Source: Coleofasciculus sp. B1-GNL1-01
GTDB taxonomy: Bacteria > Cyanobacteriota > Cyanobacteriia > Cyanobacteriales > Coleofasciculaceae
NCBI GenBank assembly: GCA_040220235.1
Contig: JAVJTO010000109.1
DNA: 64,000 nt
Reading direction: 5' to 3' (one strand)
The number at the start of each line of letters is the position of its first letter. Within the stretch, counting starts at the first letter, position 1. The position numbers and the translations under genes are program-made. The notes beneath the pieces were generated by a model. It was given only the letters and a program-made list of their open reading frames with translations. It was not told the DNA's origin and ran no database searches. Shown here piece after piece: positions 22,566 through 33,423 of this stretch.

Positions 22566-22649
22566 GCGGAACTGGCGGAATTGGTAGACGCGCTAGATTC
22601 AGGTTCTAGTGTTCGCAAGAACTTCCGGGTTCAAGTCCCGGGTTCCGCA
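22566..22649 (+). tRNA. trnL: tRNA-Leu(CAG)
   Basis: GCGGAAC/GTTCCGC acceptor stem, D-loop TTGGTAGAC, anticodon arm CTAGA-TTCAGGT-TCTAG, long variable arm, GGTTCAAGTCC T-arm; CCA not encoded. Confidence 0.97.
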
Positions 22650-22657
22650 TAGAAAAT

Positions 22658-22685
22658 TGTAGAGACGCGCCATGGCGCGTCTCTA
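22658..22685. repeat. REP-like palindrome GTAGAGACG-N-CGTCTCTAC (also 29779-29803, 32310-32339, 37620-37648, 40067-40096)
   Basis: Five dispersed intergenic copies with covarying inner arms. Confidence 0.85.
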
Positions 22686-22700
22686 AATACCATTGAAATA

Positions 22701-23498
22701 ATGCTAACCAGTACCAAAAATCCTCTAGTTAAGGCAATTCGGAAATTGCACACAGCCAAAGGACGACGGGAGGAGCAACTTCTGTTGTTAGAGGGAACTC
22801 ATCTGTTAGCAGAAGCCTGTGCGGTCAATTATCCCTTAGTCACGCTTTGTTGTACACCCGATTGGCAGCAGAGTCATCCCCAACTTTGGCAAGACGCTAC
22901 CCCTCACTGCCAGCGTGTAGAACTTGTTAGCGCCTCGGTTCTCAAAGCCATGGCGACAACGGTTCAGCCAGATGGCGTAGTGGTAACGGCAAAATCTTCA
23001 TTCCTCGCCCCGCCTCAGATTCCCTGTTCCCTTGGTTTAGTTTTAGAGACGCTGCAAGATCCAGGAAACTTAGGTACGATCATTCGTACCGCCACCGCAG
23101 CCGATGTGGATGGTTTATGGCTCAGTCCAGACAGTGTAGACTTAGAAAATCCCAAAGTATTACGGGCTTCAGCCGGTCAATGGTTTCATCTGCCCATGAA
23201 TGCCAATGCTAATCTGACTCAGGTGGTTAAGCAAAGTCAGGCTCAAGGGGTACAAGTTGTGGCGACTTTACCCAAGGCGACATTAAGTTACTGGGAGGTA
23301 GACTGGCGCTGTTCTAGCTTAATTCTACTGGGCAATGAGGCGGCGGGGCTGCGTCCTGAGTTAGCCACACTCGCTGATCAATCGGTACAAATTCCCCTAG
23401 GTCAGAATGTAGAATCGTTAAATGTGGCGATCGCGGCAGCTTTAATCGTGTATGAAGCCCTGCGCCAACGGGTTGGGGGAACAGGGAATAGGCAATAG
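22701..23498 (+). CDS. TrmH/SpoU family RNA methyltransferase
   Basis: LQDPGNLGTIIRTA, LGNEAAG, VESLNVAIAA. Confidence 0.93.
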   Translation: MLTSTKNPLVKAIRKLHTAKGRREEQLLLLEGTHLLAEACAVNYPLVTLCCTPDWQQSHPQLWQDATPHCQRVELVSASVLKAMATTVQPDGVVVTAKSSFLAPPQIPCSLGLVLETLQDPGNLGTIIRTATAADVDGLWLSPDSVDLENPKVLRASAGQWFHLPMNANANLTQVVKQSQAQGVQVVATLPKATLSYWEVDWRCSSLILLGNEAAGLRPELATLADQSVQIPLGQNVESLNVAIAAALIVYEALRQRVGGTGNRQ

Positions 23499-23594
23499 GC
23501 AATAGGCAATAGGGAATGGGGAATAGTGAATAGGCAATGGGCTATAGAAATTTTGTCCCTTATCTCCCCCTGCTTCCCCAGCTTCCCCATCTCT

Positions 23595-23867
23595 CTATTC
23601 CTCCTCCAGTGGTTCAGTGTCACCAAAAAATGCATCTAGATCAGCTGCCGCTTCTTCGAGAAGATCTAGATCAAAAACGTCATCGTCTGACTGAGCCGAT
23701 TTTGATTGAGGAGTTTTTGATTGAGAAGTAGGGGATTTCAATGAAGAAGGACGGGATTTCGATTGGGGAGGAGGAGATGTATGACCCAAGAGATTCTCCA
23801 GTTGGTCAAGTGACTCTACAAACGCTCTAGCTGCTTCATTTCGATGATTTTGTTGAGACTCGCGCAT
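23595..23867 (-). CDS. Conserved hypothetical protein
   Basis: AARAFVESLDQL and LEEAAADLDAFF helices joined by a low-complexity linker. Confidence 0.7.
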   Translation of the reverse strand: MRESQQNHRNEAARAFVESLDQLENLLGHTSPPPQSKSRPSSLKSPTSQSKTPQSKSAQSDDDVFDLDLLEEAAADLDAFFGDTEPLEEE

Positions 23868-24376
23868 AATGGTTTTATCCCCTAAAGCTATTGTTTATTG
23901 AGAGTGAACGCTACTCATTAGCCTATACTCGGAAAAACAACACCCTTACCGTTTCATTCTATGGTATAGTTTTTTAGTTTTAGGGCTAGCTGCAAAAATG
24001 GTAAATATTAAGAATCCTCAAATCCTTACTGTTGCCTGTTGCCTAATCTCAACCGTTAACTTTAATGAAAGTACGACTACTGAGATTAGGACAAGAAATT
24101 GCTCTACTGAGTCAAATGGCAATCTGCGATAAAATCTCCGCTTTTTCGGGAAATAATATTTACTCAAAAAATAGTTTTTGTATAATCAAAGATGCCAAAA
24201 ATTATGTCGAAGCAATTAAACCACAATCTAAGAAATCTCCGTGACCTATCCAATTTAACAAACGCACAACCCTTAAAGAAACCACCGCCTCAGCTAGATC
24301 AGGCAAAATTTTTTAGCAAAAGCTTGCGATTAGTCAGGGGTCAAGTTGAAAATAAGGGGGCAATTGCGTCAGGAAA

Positions 24377-25816
24377 ATGGATGTGAGTCAAGAATTTGAT
24401 TACGATTTAGTGATTATCGGTGCTGGCGTCGGTGGACATGGCGCGGCATTACACGCGGTAAGTTGCGGATTGAAAACCGCCATCATTGAAGCATCGGAGA
24501 TGGGCGGGACTTGTGTGAATCGTGGTTGTATCCCGTCAAAAGCCCTATTAGCCGCCTCAGGGCGGGTGCGTGAGTTACGCAATACTCATCATCTGGAATC
24601 CTTGGGAATTCAGGTGGGTGGCGTGAACTTTGACCGAGGCGCGATCGCGAATCATGCCAATACCCTGGTGAGTAAAATTCGTGGCGATCTCACCAACAGC
24701 CTCAAACGTTTAAAGGTGGATATCATTCCCGGTTGGGGTCGAGTGGCGGAACCCCAAAAAGTAACGGTGACAACAGACGAGGGTGAAAAAACAGTCACCG
24801 CCAAAGACATTATCCTCTGTACAGGTTCCGTTCCCTTCGTTCCCCCCGGTATTGAACTTGACGGGAAAACCGTCTTCACCAGCGATCAGGCACTAAAGCT
24901 GGAATGGTTACCTCAATGGGTGGCAATTGTTGGCAGTGGTTATATCGGGTTAGAGTTTGCTGATATCTATACCGCCCTAGGGTCAGAAATCACGATGATT
25001 GAAGCCCTGGATCAGTTAATGCCCACCTTTGACCCCGATATTGCCAAACTCGCCAGCCGGGTACTGATTTCTCCCCGCGATATGGAAACCTATTCCGGCA
25101 CTCTGGCACAAAAAGTGACTCCGGGTTCACCGGTGGTGATTGAACTAGCGGATGCTAAAACCAAGGAAGTCGTGGATGTCTTGGAAGTGGATGCCTGCTT
25201 AGTCGCCACGGGACGGATTCCGGTCAGTAAAGATTTAGGCTTAGACGCCGTAGGCGTGGAAACAGATCGCCGAGGCTTCATCCCTGTCAATGATCAAATG
25301 GCAGTGTTATCGGGTGAGGAAACCGTTCCCCACCTCTGGGCAATTGGAGACGCTACGGGTAAACTCATGCTGGCACATGCGGCATCCGCTCAAGGAGTTG
25401 TCGCCGTAGAAAATATTTGTGGGCGTCAGCGTACTATTGACTATCGCAGCATCCCCGCCGCCGCCTTTACCCATCCAGAAATTAGTTACGTGGGACTCAC
25501 TGAACCCGCCGCCAAGGAACTCGGTGAACAAGAGGGATTTGAAGTTGCCTCAGTGAGGACGTATTTTAAAGGAAATTCCAAAGCGATCGCCGAAGGAGAG
25601 GCGGATGGGATTGCCAAAGTTATTTATCGTAAAGATAGCGGTGAAATCCTCGGCGTTCACATCTTAGGCATCCACGCCTCTGACTTAATTCACGAAGCCT
25701 CAAACGCGATCGCCCAGCGACAGTCCGTGAATACTTTGGCATACTTAGTCCATGCTCATCCCACTTTGTCAGAAGTCCTTGACGAAGCCTACAAGCGAGC
25801 CGTTGCTAGTCATTAG
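24377..25816 (+). CDS. lpdA: Dihydrolipoyl dehydrogenase
   Basis: [19 protein letters not shown] disulfide motif, HAHPTLSE. Confidence 0.97.
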   Translation: MDVSQEFDYDLVIIGAGVGGHGAALHAVSCGLKTAIIEASEMGGTCVNRGCIPSKALLAASGRVRELRNTHHLESLGIQVGGVNFDRGAIANHANTLVSKIRGDLTNSLKRLKVDIIPGWGRVAEPQKVTVTTDEGEKTVTAKDIILCTGSVPFVPPGIELDGKTVFTSDQALKLEWLPQWVAIVGSGYIGLEFADIYTALGSEITMIEALDQLMPTFDPDIAKLASRVLISPRDMETYSGTLAQKVTPGSPVVIELADAKTKEVVDVLEVDACLVATGRIPVSKDLGLDAVGVETDRRGFIPVNDQMAVLSGEETVPHLWAIGDATGKLMLAHAASAQGVVAVENICGRQRTIDYRSIPAAAFTHPEISYVGLTEPAAKELGEQEGFEVASVRTYFKGNSKAIAEGEADGIAKVIYRKDSGEILGVHILGIHASDLIHEASNAIAQRQSVNTLAYLVHAHPTLSEVLDEAYKRAVASH

Positions 25817-25909
25817 ACAAGGCAGGAGGCAATAGGCAATAGGCAACACCTCGGCTTCGCTCGGTGTGTCATAGGCAATAGAGTTTTTTTGACAAAGGAC
25901 ATAAGACCA

Positions 25910-26812
25910 ATGACAAATGACCAAAAACAAATTCGCCGTCGTCCACCTAATCCGGCGGTTGACCTGAATATCCTGCGCTATCAAGTTGTTCTCCCAGATG
26001 CCCAGCCACGGCATATCCTAGAAGAAATTGTCTGGCATAAAGAAAAAGAAGTTGACCAGATGCGGGAACGGCTGAACTTAGCTCAACTGCGGAAACAGAT
26101 CGAGTCAGCCCCGCCAGTGCGTGACTTTAAAGCGGCGTTATTAGCGGCAAAGACTCGTCCCGCCTTAATTGCTGAAGTCAAAAAGGCATCACCGAGTAAA
26201 GGGGTGATTCGGGAAGAATTTGACCCAGTTGCCATTGCCCAGGCTTACGAACAAGGGGGGGCGAGTGCCATATCCGTGCTGACGGATAAAAAGTTTTTCC
26301 AAGGGAGTTGGGACAATCTCAGCTATGTCAGGGAAACTGTAAATTTGCCCATTCTGTGTAAAGAGTTCATCATTTATCCTTATCAACTCTATCTGGCTCG
26401 GAGTCGTGGCGCTGATGCGGTGTTGCTGATTGCGGCGATCTTGTCGGATCAAGACTTACGGTATTTTGTCAAAATTGCCAATGGGTTATCCATGACCCCT
26501 TTGATCGAAGTGCATACTCTGGATGAATTAGACCGCGTGTTATCGGTAGATGGCGTTACCCTAGTAGGTATAAACAATCGCAACTTGACAGATTTCTCGG
26601 TTGATTTGCAAACGACCTGCCAACTTTTGGCAGCACGAAGTCAGCAGCTTAAAGAACGCGGTATTCTGGTTGTCAGTGAGTCAGGACTGCGTAAACGTGC
26701 TGATTTAGAGCAGGTCGCATCGGCGGGGGCTACAGCCGTACTGATCGGTGAATCATTGGTCAAACAGCCTGATCCAGCCCTAGCCGTTACCAATCTGTAC
26801 TCGTTCAACTGA
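25910..26812 (+). CDS. trpC: Indole-3-glycerol phosphate synthase
   Basis: [38 protein letters not shown] at 25910 preferred over TTG at 25889. Confidence 0.96.
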   Translation: MTNDQKQIRRRPPNPAVDLNILRYQVVLPDAQPRHILEEIVWHKEKEVDQMRERLNLAQLRKQIESAPPVRDFKAALLAAKTRPALIAEVKKASPSKGVIREEFDPVAIAQAYEQGGASAISVLTDKKFFQGSWDNLSYVRETVNLPILCKEFIIYPYQLYLARSRGADAVLLIAAILSDQDLRYFVKIANGLSMTPLIEVHTLDELDRVLSVDGVTLVGINNRNLTDFSVDLQTTCQLLAARSQQLKERGILVVSESGLRKRADLEQVASAGATAVLIGESLVKQPDPALAVTNLYSFN

Positions 26813-26853
26813 AGCGCGATCGCAATTCGTCCATTTAAGGTAAACCCGGTTTC

Positions 26854-27141
26854 ATGGAGCCAATACCCCTTCCGTCTTATATTCACTACGAACTGCTACT
26901 ACAGATGCTAGAGCGTCATACTTCCTTTGCCACGAATCAAAACCCCATGATTCGAGAACAGGTGCATCAATTGATTGTTACCCTCCGCAAAGCGTTAGCC
27001 CAGCAGAAACAACTCGAACAAACCTGTAATCGGCTCAATTTACCAGTTGAGTACCGTTGGTTTCTCAATAGTGTCAATGTTGAGTCAAAATCATCAGATA
27101 ATGGTTTTCCCCTAGATTCGGATACCAAAACCCAGTCATGA
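26854..27141 (+). CDS. Conserved cyanobacterial small protein (DUF5340-like)
   Basis: PLPSYIHYELLLQMLER...LRKALAQQKQLE...VEYRW. Confidence 0.8.
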   Translation: MEPIPLPSYIHYELLLQMLERHTSFATNQNPMIREQVHQLIVTLRKALAQQKQLEQTCNRLNLPVEYRWFLNSVNVESKSSDNGFPLDSDTKTQS

Positions 27142-27194
27142 GATAGTGGTGTGATTCAGAATTAGGTGATGCTCAAAGGTTGAGGATAAAGCTC

Positions 27195-28349
27195 ATGGAT
27201 AATAAGTTGATGCTGATGATTCCCGGACCAACACCGGTGCCTGAACAGGTTTTGCTGGCGTTAGCCCAGCATCCGATCGGACATCGCAGTGGGGAATTTA
27301 GTGCCGTTATGGCAGAGGTAACCCAAAACCTAAAATGGTTGCACCAGACTCAAAATGATGTTTTGGTGTTAACGGTGAGTGGTACGGGTGCCATGGAAGC
27401 TGGGATTATTAATTTTTTGAGTCCTGGCGATCGGGTTTTGGTCGGAAGTAATGGCAAATTTGGCGATCGCTGGGCGAAGATGAGCGCGGCGTTTGGTTTA
27501 GAGGTGGAGACGATTACGACACCGTGGGGTCAACCCCTTGATCCGGAGGTGTTTCGTCAAAAGCTGGAAGCGGATACGGATAAGACGATCAAAGCCGTCA
27601 TCGTTACCCATTCAGAAACCTCCACCGGGGTACTCAATGACCTGGAAACGATTAATCGTTATGTCAAAGACCATGGTCAAGCTCTAATTATTGTAGATGC
27701 AGTAACCAGTGTGGGCGCGGTCAATTTACCCATTGATGAGTGGGGGATTGATGTAGTGGCGTCAGGTGCCCAGAAAGGCTATATGGTTCCCCCAGGATTA
27801 GGATTTGTTTGTGTCTCAGATAAGGCATGGCAAGCCTACGAAACGGCTAAACTGCCTCGCTTTTATTTAGATTTGGGAAGCTATCGCAAAGCAGCACAAA
27901 AGAATAGTAATCCGTTTACGCCTCCGGTCAATTTAATGTTGGGACTGCAAACGGCGTTGCGAATGATGAAAGCTGAGGGGTTAGATAATATTTTTGCTCG
28001 TCATCAACGCTTGATGCAGGCAACTCGGGCGGCGGTTGAGGCGCTTTCCCTTCCTTTATTTGCTCCGGATAATGCTGCTAGTCCCGCAGTAACGGCGGTA
28101 GCCCCTACGTCGATTGAAGCCGAACAAATTCGTAGCGTGATGAAAAAGCGCTTTGATATTTCCCTGGCTGGGGGACAAGATCACTTCAAAGGGAAACTAT
28201 TCCGGATTGGTCACTTAGGCTTTGTCTGCGATCGCGATATTTTGGCGGCGATTGGGGCGCTAGAAGCCACGTTGCGGGAATTAGGTTATGAGTCCATGAC
28301 ACCAGGAGCCGGAGTGTCAGCAGCCGCTCGCGTCTTGACTCAATCGTAG
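27195..28349 (+). CDS. Class V PLP aminotransferase (alanine/serine-glyoxylate type)
   Basis: LMIPGPTPVP, HSETSTG, VDAVTS, SGAQK (PLP Lys), FRIGHLG. Confidence 0.93.
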   Translation: MDNKLMLMIPGPTPVPEQVLLALAQHPIGHRSGEFSAVMAEVTQNLKWLHQTQNDVLVLTVSGTGAMEAGIINFLSPGDRVLVGSNGKFGDRWAKMSAAFGLEVETITTPWGQPLDPEVFRQKLEADTDKTIKAVIVTHSETSTGVLNDLETINRYVKDHGQALIIVDAVTSVGAVNLPIDEWGIDVVASGAQKGYMVPPGLGFVCVSDKAWQAYETAKLPRFYLDLGSYRKAAQKNSNPFTPPVNLMLGLQTALRMMKAEGLDNIFARHQRLMQATRAAVEALSLPLFAPDNAASPAVTAVAPTSIEAEQIRSVMKKRFDISLAGGQDHFKGKLFRIGHLGFVCDRDILAAIGALEATLRELGYESMTPGAGVSAAARVLTQS

Positions 28350-28383
28350 GTTAAGCCATAAACGAGACACCCAAGACGCCAAA

Positions 28384-28414
28384 AAAGAGCGGGTCAACTA
28401 GCGACCCGCTCTTT
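28384..28414. terminator. Probable bidirectional intrinsic terminator
   Basis: aaagagcgggtc / gacccgctcttt inverted repeat between convergent genes. Confidence 0.75.
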
Positions 28415-28541
28415 CTGGTAGAGGACTCAACGGTCAATGGATCATAGGGTATGAATTTCGACGGTTTAGACGTGAATGGATTATTCCCAAAGCGTAAGCA
28501 TTTAGACATTCTTCATTTTCTCCTGACCGATTGTTTGGGTT

Positions 28542-28733
28542 TCAGACTGTTTCCAGCCAGTCATAGATTTGGTCTAATTGCTGCAATGTGACTAAACCGT
28601 ACTGCCACAGAATCATCGGTAATGGTCCTGGGTCTTGTTCCCGACGTCGTTGAGCGATCGCAATGGAATCAGTAGAAATTGCCAATTCCTCTTGCAAAAA
28701 TCGTAAAAATTCAGAATAGGTTGCAGGTGCCAT
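28542..28733 (-). CDS. DUF2949 family protein
   Basis: FLQEELAI...PLPMILWQYGLVTLQQLDQIYDWLE; GGAGG RBS upstream. Confidence 0.9.
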   Translation of the reverse strand: MAPATYSEFLRFLQEELAISTDSIAIAQRRREQDPGPLPMILWQYGLVTLQQLDQIYDWLETV

Positions 28734-29187
28734 AATGGCTGTTCACCTCCTTATCGGCTACTATTGTGGAATCAGCGTCCTGCCTCCTTTAGCAATGGGT
28801 AGACAGATTTAATACTGTCTACTAGCTGAGGGTTCTTTGCTTATTGTGATAGGTTAATCCGGCACTGCTTGTGTCCTAGATCACTGACCATCTAAGATCT
28901 TGATTGATCGAGTTGAAAACTCACTGGATGTGCTGACCAGGTATCGTTTTAACCTTCACCCCCCATCAACTTGAGGGTAATTTTAGTTAACTCACTTCAC
29001 ACCACTAAAAGCTAGTTGCAGACTACACCCCTACTTGGTCGTGTTGATGGGTAGCCACAGCTAAGACAGGTCACTACCTCGTCGTCAGATAGTCTTTTAT
29101 GAGAATCTATCTTACGAAATGTTAACGTAATTTCGTATAAATATCTTTACATCGTTGATTTAATTTTTCAATGATGTTAATCAAGTT

Positions 29188-29754
29188 TTAAGATTCTGAC
29201 GAGGGATTAATCTCTTCCTCTAGGAGGATGATTTTTATGTGATCGCCTACTTGTAGTCCTAGTTGAGCGGTTCGTCCCCCAGCGAGTTCAATCACTTGGT
29301 CAACCAGAACCCCTGGTCCATAGGTAGGACAGGGAGTGGAGATACAGGGGGGAACATTTTCCGCGATCGCTTTGACCTCGCCATCTCGCAAAAAGATCAT
29401 ATCCAGGGGGATTTTCACATTCTTCATCCAAAAGCTAGCGGGTCGCGGCGGATTCAAGGGAAACAACATCCCTCGATCTGGCGCTAAAGCCGTGCGATAC
29501 ATCAATCCGATCTGTTGTTGTCGAGGTGTCCTAGCCACTTCGAGTAAAATCTGCTGATCACCGATCTGGGTTTGAGCGCTAATAGGTAACATCTGACCGG
29601 AATTAGAGGATGACGAGGAGAGGGAAGGCGGTTCTGGAAGTGGTTTGCCAGATTTTAAGGGGGTGCCATCGGCGACAGGGTTGGAACCGGAAACCGAACA
29701 TCCAAACAGTATCAGACTAAGCGTGATTCCGAATAGGCGAGTATGATAGGTCAT
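29188..29754 (-). CDS. DUF192 family lipoprotein
   Basis: LFGC lipobox, GLMYR, GMLF, FWMKN, VIELAGG. Confidence 0.9.
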   Translation of the reverse strand: MTYHTRLFGITLSLILFGCSVSGSNPVADGTPLKSGKPLPEPPSLSSSSSNSGQMLPISAQTQIGDQQILLEVARTPRQQQIGLMYRTALAPDRGMLFPLNPPRPASFWMKNVKIPLDMIFLRDGEVKAIAENVPPCISTPCPTYGPGVLVDQVIELAGGRTAQLGLQVGDHIKIILLEEEINPSSES

Positions 29755-29945
29755 GAGTTTAGGTTAGGGAGATGGGGTTGTAGAGACGTGCCATGGCACG
29801 TCTGGGAGTAGGGGAAGATGGGGGCGAATGATGAATGAAAAATGACGTAGCTTGCTTCTTTTCAGGAGCGAGTAGGACAAATGACCAATGACCAATGACC
29901 AATGACAATCAAAACCGTTAACTTTAATTTTTCCCACCCACTTAA

Positions 29946-30647
29946 CTAAGATTCTCGTAAAACATACCCGACACCCCGGACAGTTTGAATAAGACGCTTG
30001 TCACCCTCATCTTCAATTTTCAGGCGTAGGTAACGGATATATACCTCAATCACATTCGACTCACCTAGAAAATCGTATCCCCACACATTTTCCAGAATCT
30101 GTTCGCGAGTTAAAACTTCACGGGGATGAGTCATCAAATACTTCAGCAGTTCAAACTCTTTCATGGTCAAATCAATCACTCGTCCTCCCCGCATAGCGCG
30201 GCGCGTCGTCAAATCCAACACCAAATCCCCAAATCGGAGTTGTTCACTCGTATTGGTATCCGGTTCTAGATACAGACGTATCATCTGCAAAAAGGCATCA
30301 GCGCGATAGGGTTTTAGGAAAAAATCATCAGCACCCGCTTCTAAGCAGGCGACTCGATCCTCAATCGTGTCGCGAGCGATGAGTAAGAGTAAGGGAACAC
30401 GAGAACCGGCTTTTCTCAGGCGAGTACATAAATTGAGACCGGATTCGCCAGAACCAGAAAGCGATTGATCCACAACCATCATAGCGGGTTGGATTTCACA
30501 AGCTTGATGCCAGCCACTGGGCGCATCTGTGGCGATAACCGTATGATAGCCAGCTTCTATTAGATCTAGACTCATGCGTTGAGCTAGACTTTCATCGGTT
30601 TCTACAAGCAAAACACAGGGATTACCGTTAAGGGGAGCAGATTGCAT
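29946..30647 (-). CDS. nblR: OmpR-family response regulator NblR
   Basis: Atypical receiver (LLVETDE, LEAGADD) plus winged helix LTMKEFELL...ESNVIEVYIRYLR; sits next to DUF192 and DUF2949. Confidence 0.85.
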   Translation of the reverse strand: MQSAPLNGNPCVLLVETDESLAQRMSLDLIEAGYHTVIATDAPSGWHQACEIQPAMMVVDQSLSGSGESGLNLCTRLRKAGSRVPLLLLIARDTIEDRVACLEAGADDFFLKPYRADAFLQMIRLYLEPDTNTSEQLRFGDLVLDLTTRRAMRGGRVIDLTMKEFELLKYLMTHPREVLTREQILENVWGYDFLGESNVIEVYIRYLRLKIEDEGDKRLIQTVRGVGYVLRES

Positions 30648-31288
30648 AGATGGCGTTGGTGGTGAGTCGTTGGGTTTAACACCGGAATGTCCTCTATTGT
30701 TCTAGCATGACTGAGCCTTGGGTGAATTGTTCTACGCCTTTGGGAGTGGGTTGTCACTGACATCTTAAACCTGTCTCAATACATAAATTTGATGCAGTGG
30801 ACTGACACAGCTAAAATTGTGGGATAAATTGTAGGTTGGGTTGACGACAGGAAACCCAACAGAATATAGGGCTAAAGTTACCTACTACAAGCCAAATCTA
30901 ATTCATCACATAAGGGGTGCCACGCCACTACTTTCTGTTTCTTATTAGTCGTCTTCAGACGACTTTCGCTATGAGCCTCGGAATTGATTCCGAGGCGAAG
31001 TAATTTGGTGGAGATAGAGTAGAGGGTGATGGGTTGACAATGATTAGGGATTTAGGCATTGTTGACATCCTGCTCTAATTCTTCTGGGGTTAAAGAGAAG
31101 GGAGATACCTGATAAGCTGTTATGCATTTAAACTGTGATAATAGCATTACCCTTATTTTTCAGTTTCCGCCCCCAATTAATAACTAGCTTGTCTTCATTT
31201 AAAAGTTGATGCAACAAGGATTCTAACTGTTAAATGGATTTAAAAAGCCGATTTATGTTAAGCTAAAAAACAGCATTAAATAATCCTT

Positions 31289-32266
31289 ATGGTATCAACC
31301 GACAGCTCTTCAGAAACTAAATCCCGCCCCAATTGTCCCAGCATCGGCATCATCGGTTGCGGCAATATTGGAGGAAAACAAGCCGCTAATTTTCTAGACC
31401 ACGGTTACTCTGTCTATGTCTATGATCTTGATCAAGATTCCATGGCACAGTTGCAATCGTTAGGTGCAAAAATTACCCAGAGTTGTGCCGAAGTTGCAAG
31501 CCATTCAGAGATAATCTTTACTGCCTTACCGACTCCTGATGATGTGATCACAGCCGTGCTAGAGGGTGAACAAAACCTGAGCCAAGGATTGCAACCCGGC
31601 AGTGTTTACGTGGATATTAGCACCAACTCTCCTGAAACAATTCTCAGACTTCATCAAGCCATGAAACAACTGGGAATTGAGATGTTAGATGCTCCCTTTA
31701 ATGATTGCTCGGAAGGGATTCAAAGTCAGCAAGGTATGGGTTTAGCGATTTTGGTTGGCGGCTCACGGGAAACTTTTGAGCGAGTTGAACCCATTCTCCA
31801 AGTCATGGCAGATCATGTTCTGTATTGTGGCGAAATTAGCACCGGAACTCGATGCAAACTTATCCACAATGCTGTTAATGCGATCGCCGTTCAAGCGGTG
31901 AGTGAAGGAATTACGTTGGGTTTAGCTTCGGGAATCGAGCTACAAACGATTTGGGATGTGCTACGTTTGGGATCGTTTGGTCAGAATCCTGGGGATATTC
32001 ACGGCTTACCTCATTATTGGTTCTCACGACGCTGTGATGACGTATCTCAACATCCTGAATTTACTGTCCAATTACTCTATAAAGATTTGCGGCTAGCTCT
32101 GGAGTTAGCCAGTCAGCACGACATTGGTGTTCCTCACTTAAGTTTAACCATCAAAGACTATGAAGAAGCCGAGCGACGCCAATGGTCTGATCATGCTACG
32201 ACTAAAGTTCGCTGTCTGCAAGAAGAACGCGCTGGAGTAATTGCTCAAGATTCTCCTCAGTTATAG
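31289..32266 (+). CDS. NAD(P)-dependent oxidoreductase, beta-hydroxyacid dehydrogenase (HIBADH/6PGDH) family
   Basis: GIIGCGNIG Rossmann motif, DISTNSP, CKLIHN catalytic Lys, LLYKDL. Confidence 0.85.
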   Translation: MVSTDSSSETKSRPNCPSIGIIGCGNIGGKQAANFLDHGYSVYVYDLDQDSMAQLQSLGAKITQSCAEVASHSEIIFTALPTPDDVITAVLEGEQNLSQGLQPGSVYVDISTNSPETILRLHQAMKQLGIEMLDAPFNDCSEGIQSQQGMGLAILVGGSRETFERVEPILQVMADHVLYCGEISTGTRCKLIHNAVNAIAVQAVSEGITLGLASGIELQTIWDVLRLGSFGQNPGDIHGLPHYWFSRRCDDVSQHPEFTVQLLYKDLRLALELASQHDIGVPHLSLTIKDYEEAERRQWSDHATTKVRCLQEERAGVIAQDSPQL

Positions 32267-32355
32267 CGCTACGCGCTAGGCAATGGGCAATAGGCAATAG
32301 CATCATTTGGTAGAGACGTTCCGCCGGAATGTCTCTACAACAGTTCGTTTTGTCC

Positions 32356-33378
32356 TTAGATTAAGGCTTCGGCGATTGCCGTCTCCAATAACTCATTTAG
32401 GGATATTCCAGCATCTTTTGCCATACAAGCCACAACACTTTTAGGAGAAAAAGAACAGTATAAACCTGCCTCTAAAAACCAGGGTTCTCCTTGAGGATCA
32501 ATGCGAAAATCAAACAAGCTATACTGACGACAACCTAACGCTTGATGACATTGTTTGGCGACATCTTGAACCTTGGTTGTTATCGGATCGGTTGTTTCAA
32601 CGATCCAAGCCTTTTTCTTATCCTTAGCTGCCAAAGTTAATTCACCCGTCTCTATTTTTTTTAACTTGTCACTATAGTTACGAATTGGATGGTTTTCCGG
32701 ATTGACTGAATATTCTTCTAAAGGAAGTCCAATTAACTCTCCATTTTTAACAAAAATCCCACATCTGACTTCTCGTCCGAGTTCAATATAGTCTTCAACT
32801 AAGACTTCATCGGCATAGTGAAACGCTTGGGTTAAAGCTTCATCATAGTCAGCCCTATTTTTCACGAGCGTAACTCCTAAAGAGTTATCTGAATTAGCGG
32901 GTTTAATCACAACAGGTGGCATTAAATTGGGAGTGTCTCCTTGGCGTAATAGTTGCCCATAAGGAACTTTTACCCCCGCAGCAGCAACAATAGCTTTGGC
33001 TTTAGCTTTATGGGCGGTTAATGCCATCAACTCCGCTTTATTGCCTACATAAGGAATAGTTAAGAGGTCAAATAAACCTCGATAGTGAGTCATTCCAGGA
33101 ATACAAAACATTTGCGGTAAGACTACATCAATGTTTTGTGTAGTGATCCACTGTATGGCTTCAGCAAGAGACAGGGGTTTTGCGGCGTCAATATCTTCTG
33201 GTGTCAACGATGAAGGAAAACGCCACAATCTATCCGGGGTAATATAGGCAATAAAAAAATGATAGCGTGAGGGATTAGCGGTTGCTGTGATACAGTCTTT
33301 AGCATAAAGACGGGATAAGTCGCCATAAAACTCATTTTCAGCAGAACCCACTAAATGAAGAATATTCAGCACTGACAT
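32356..33378 (-). CDS. mysD: D-Ala-D-Ala ligase-like MAA ligase MysD
   Basis: ILHLVGSA...DLSRLYA, PQMFCIPGMTHYR, DFRIDP..FLEAGLYCSF; lies downstream of mysABC. Confidence 0.9.
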   Translation of the reverse strand: MSVLNILHLVGSAENEFYGDLSRLYAKDCITATANPSRYHFFIAYITPDRLWRFPSSLTPEDIDAAKPLSLAEAIQWITTQNIDVVLPQMFCIPGMTHYRGLFDLLTIPYVGNKAELMALTAHKAKAKAIVAAAGVKVPYGQLLRQGDTPNLMPPVVIKPANSDNSLGVTLVKNRADYDEALTQAFHYADEVLVEDYIELGREVRCGIFVKNGELIGLPLEEYSVNPENHPIRNYSDKLKKIETGELTLAAKDKKKAWIVETTDPITTKVQDVAKQCHQALGCRQYSLFDFRIDPQGEPWFLEAGLYCSFSPKSVVACMAKDAGISLNELLETAIAEALI

Positions 33379-33423
33379 GATTTAATCTCCTGATAATTTT
33401 AAAACCCATTAATTTGACAAAAT

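Noticed and set aside
22382..22618. 78-aa ORF
   Set aside because: Antisense to tRNA-Leu and its promoter.
32356..33378. Housekeeping ddl or a vancomycin-resistance ligase
   Set aside because: Motifs and context match MysD.
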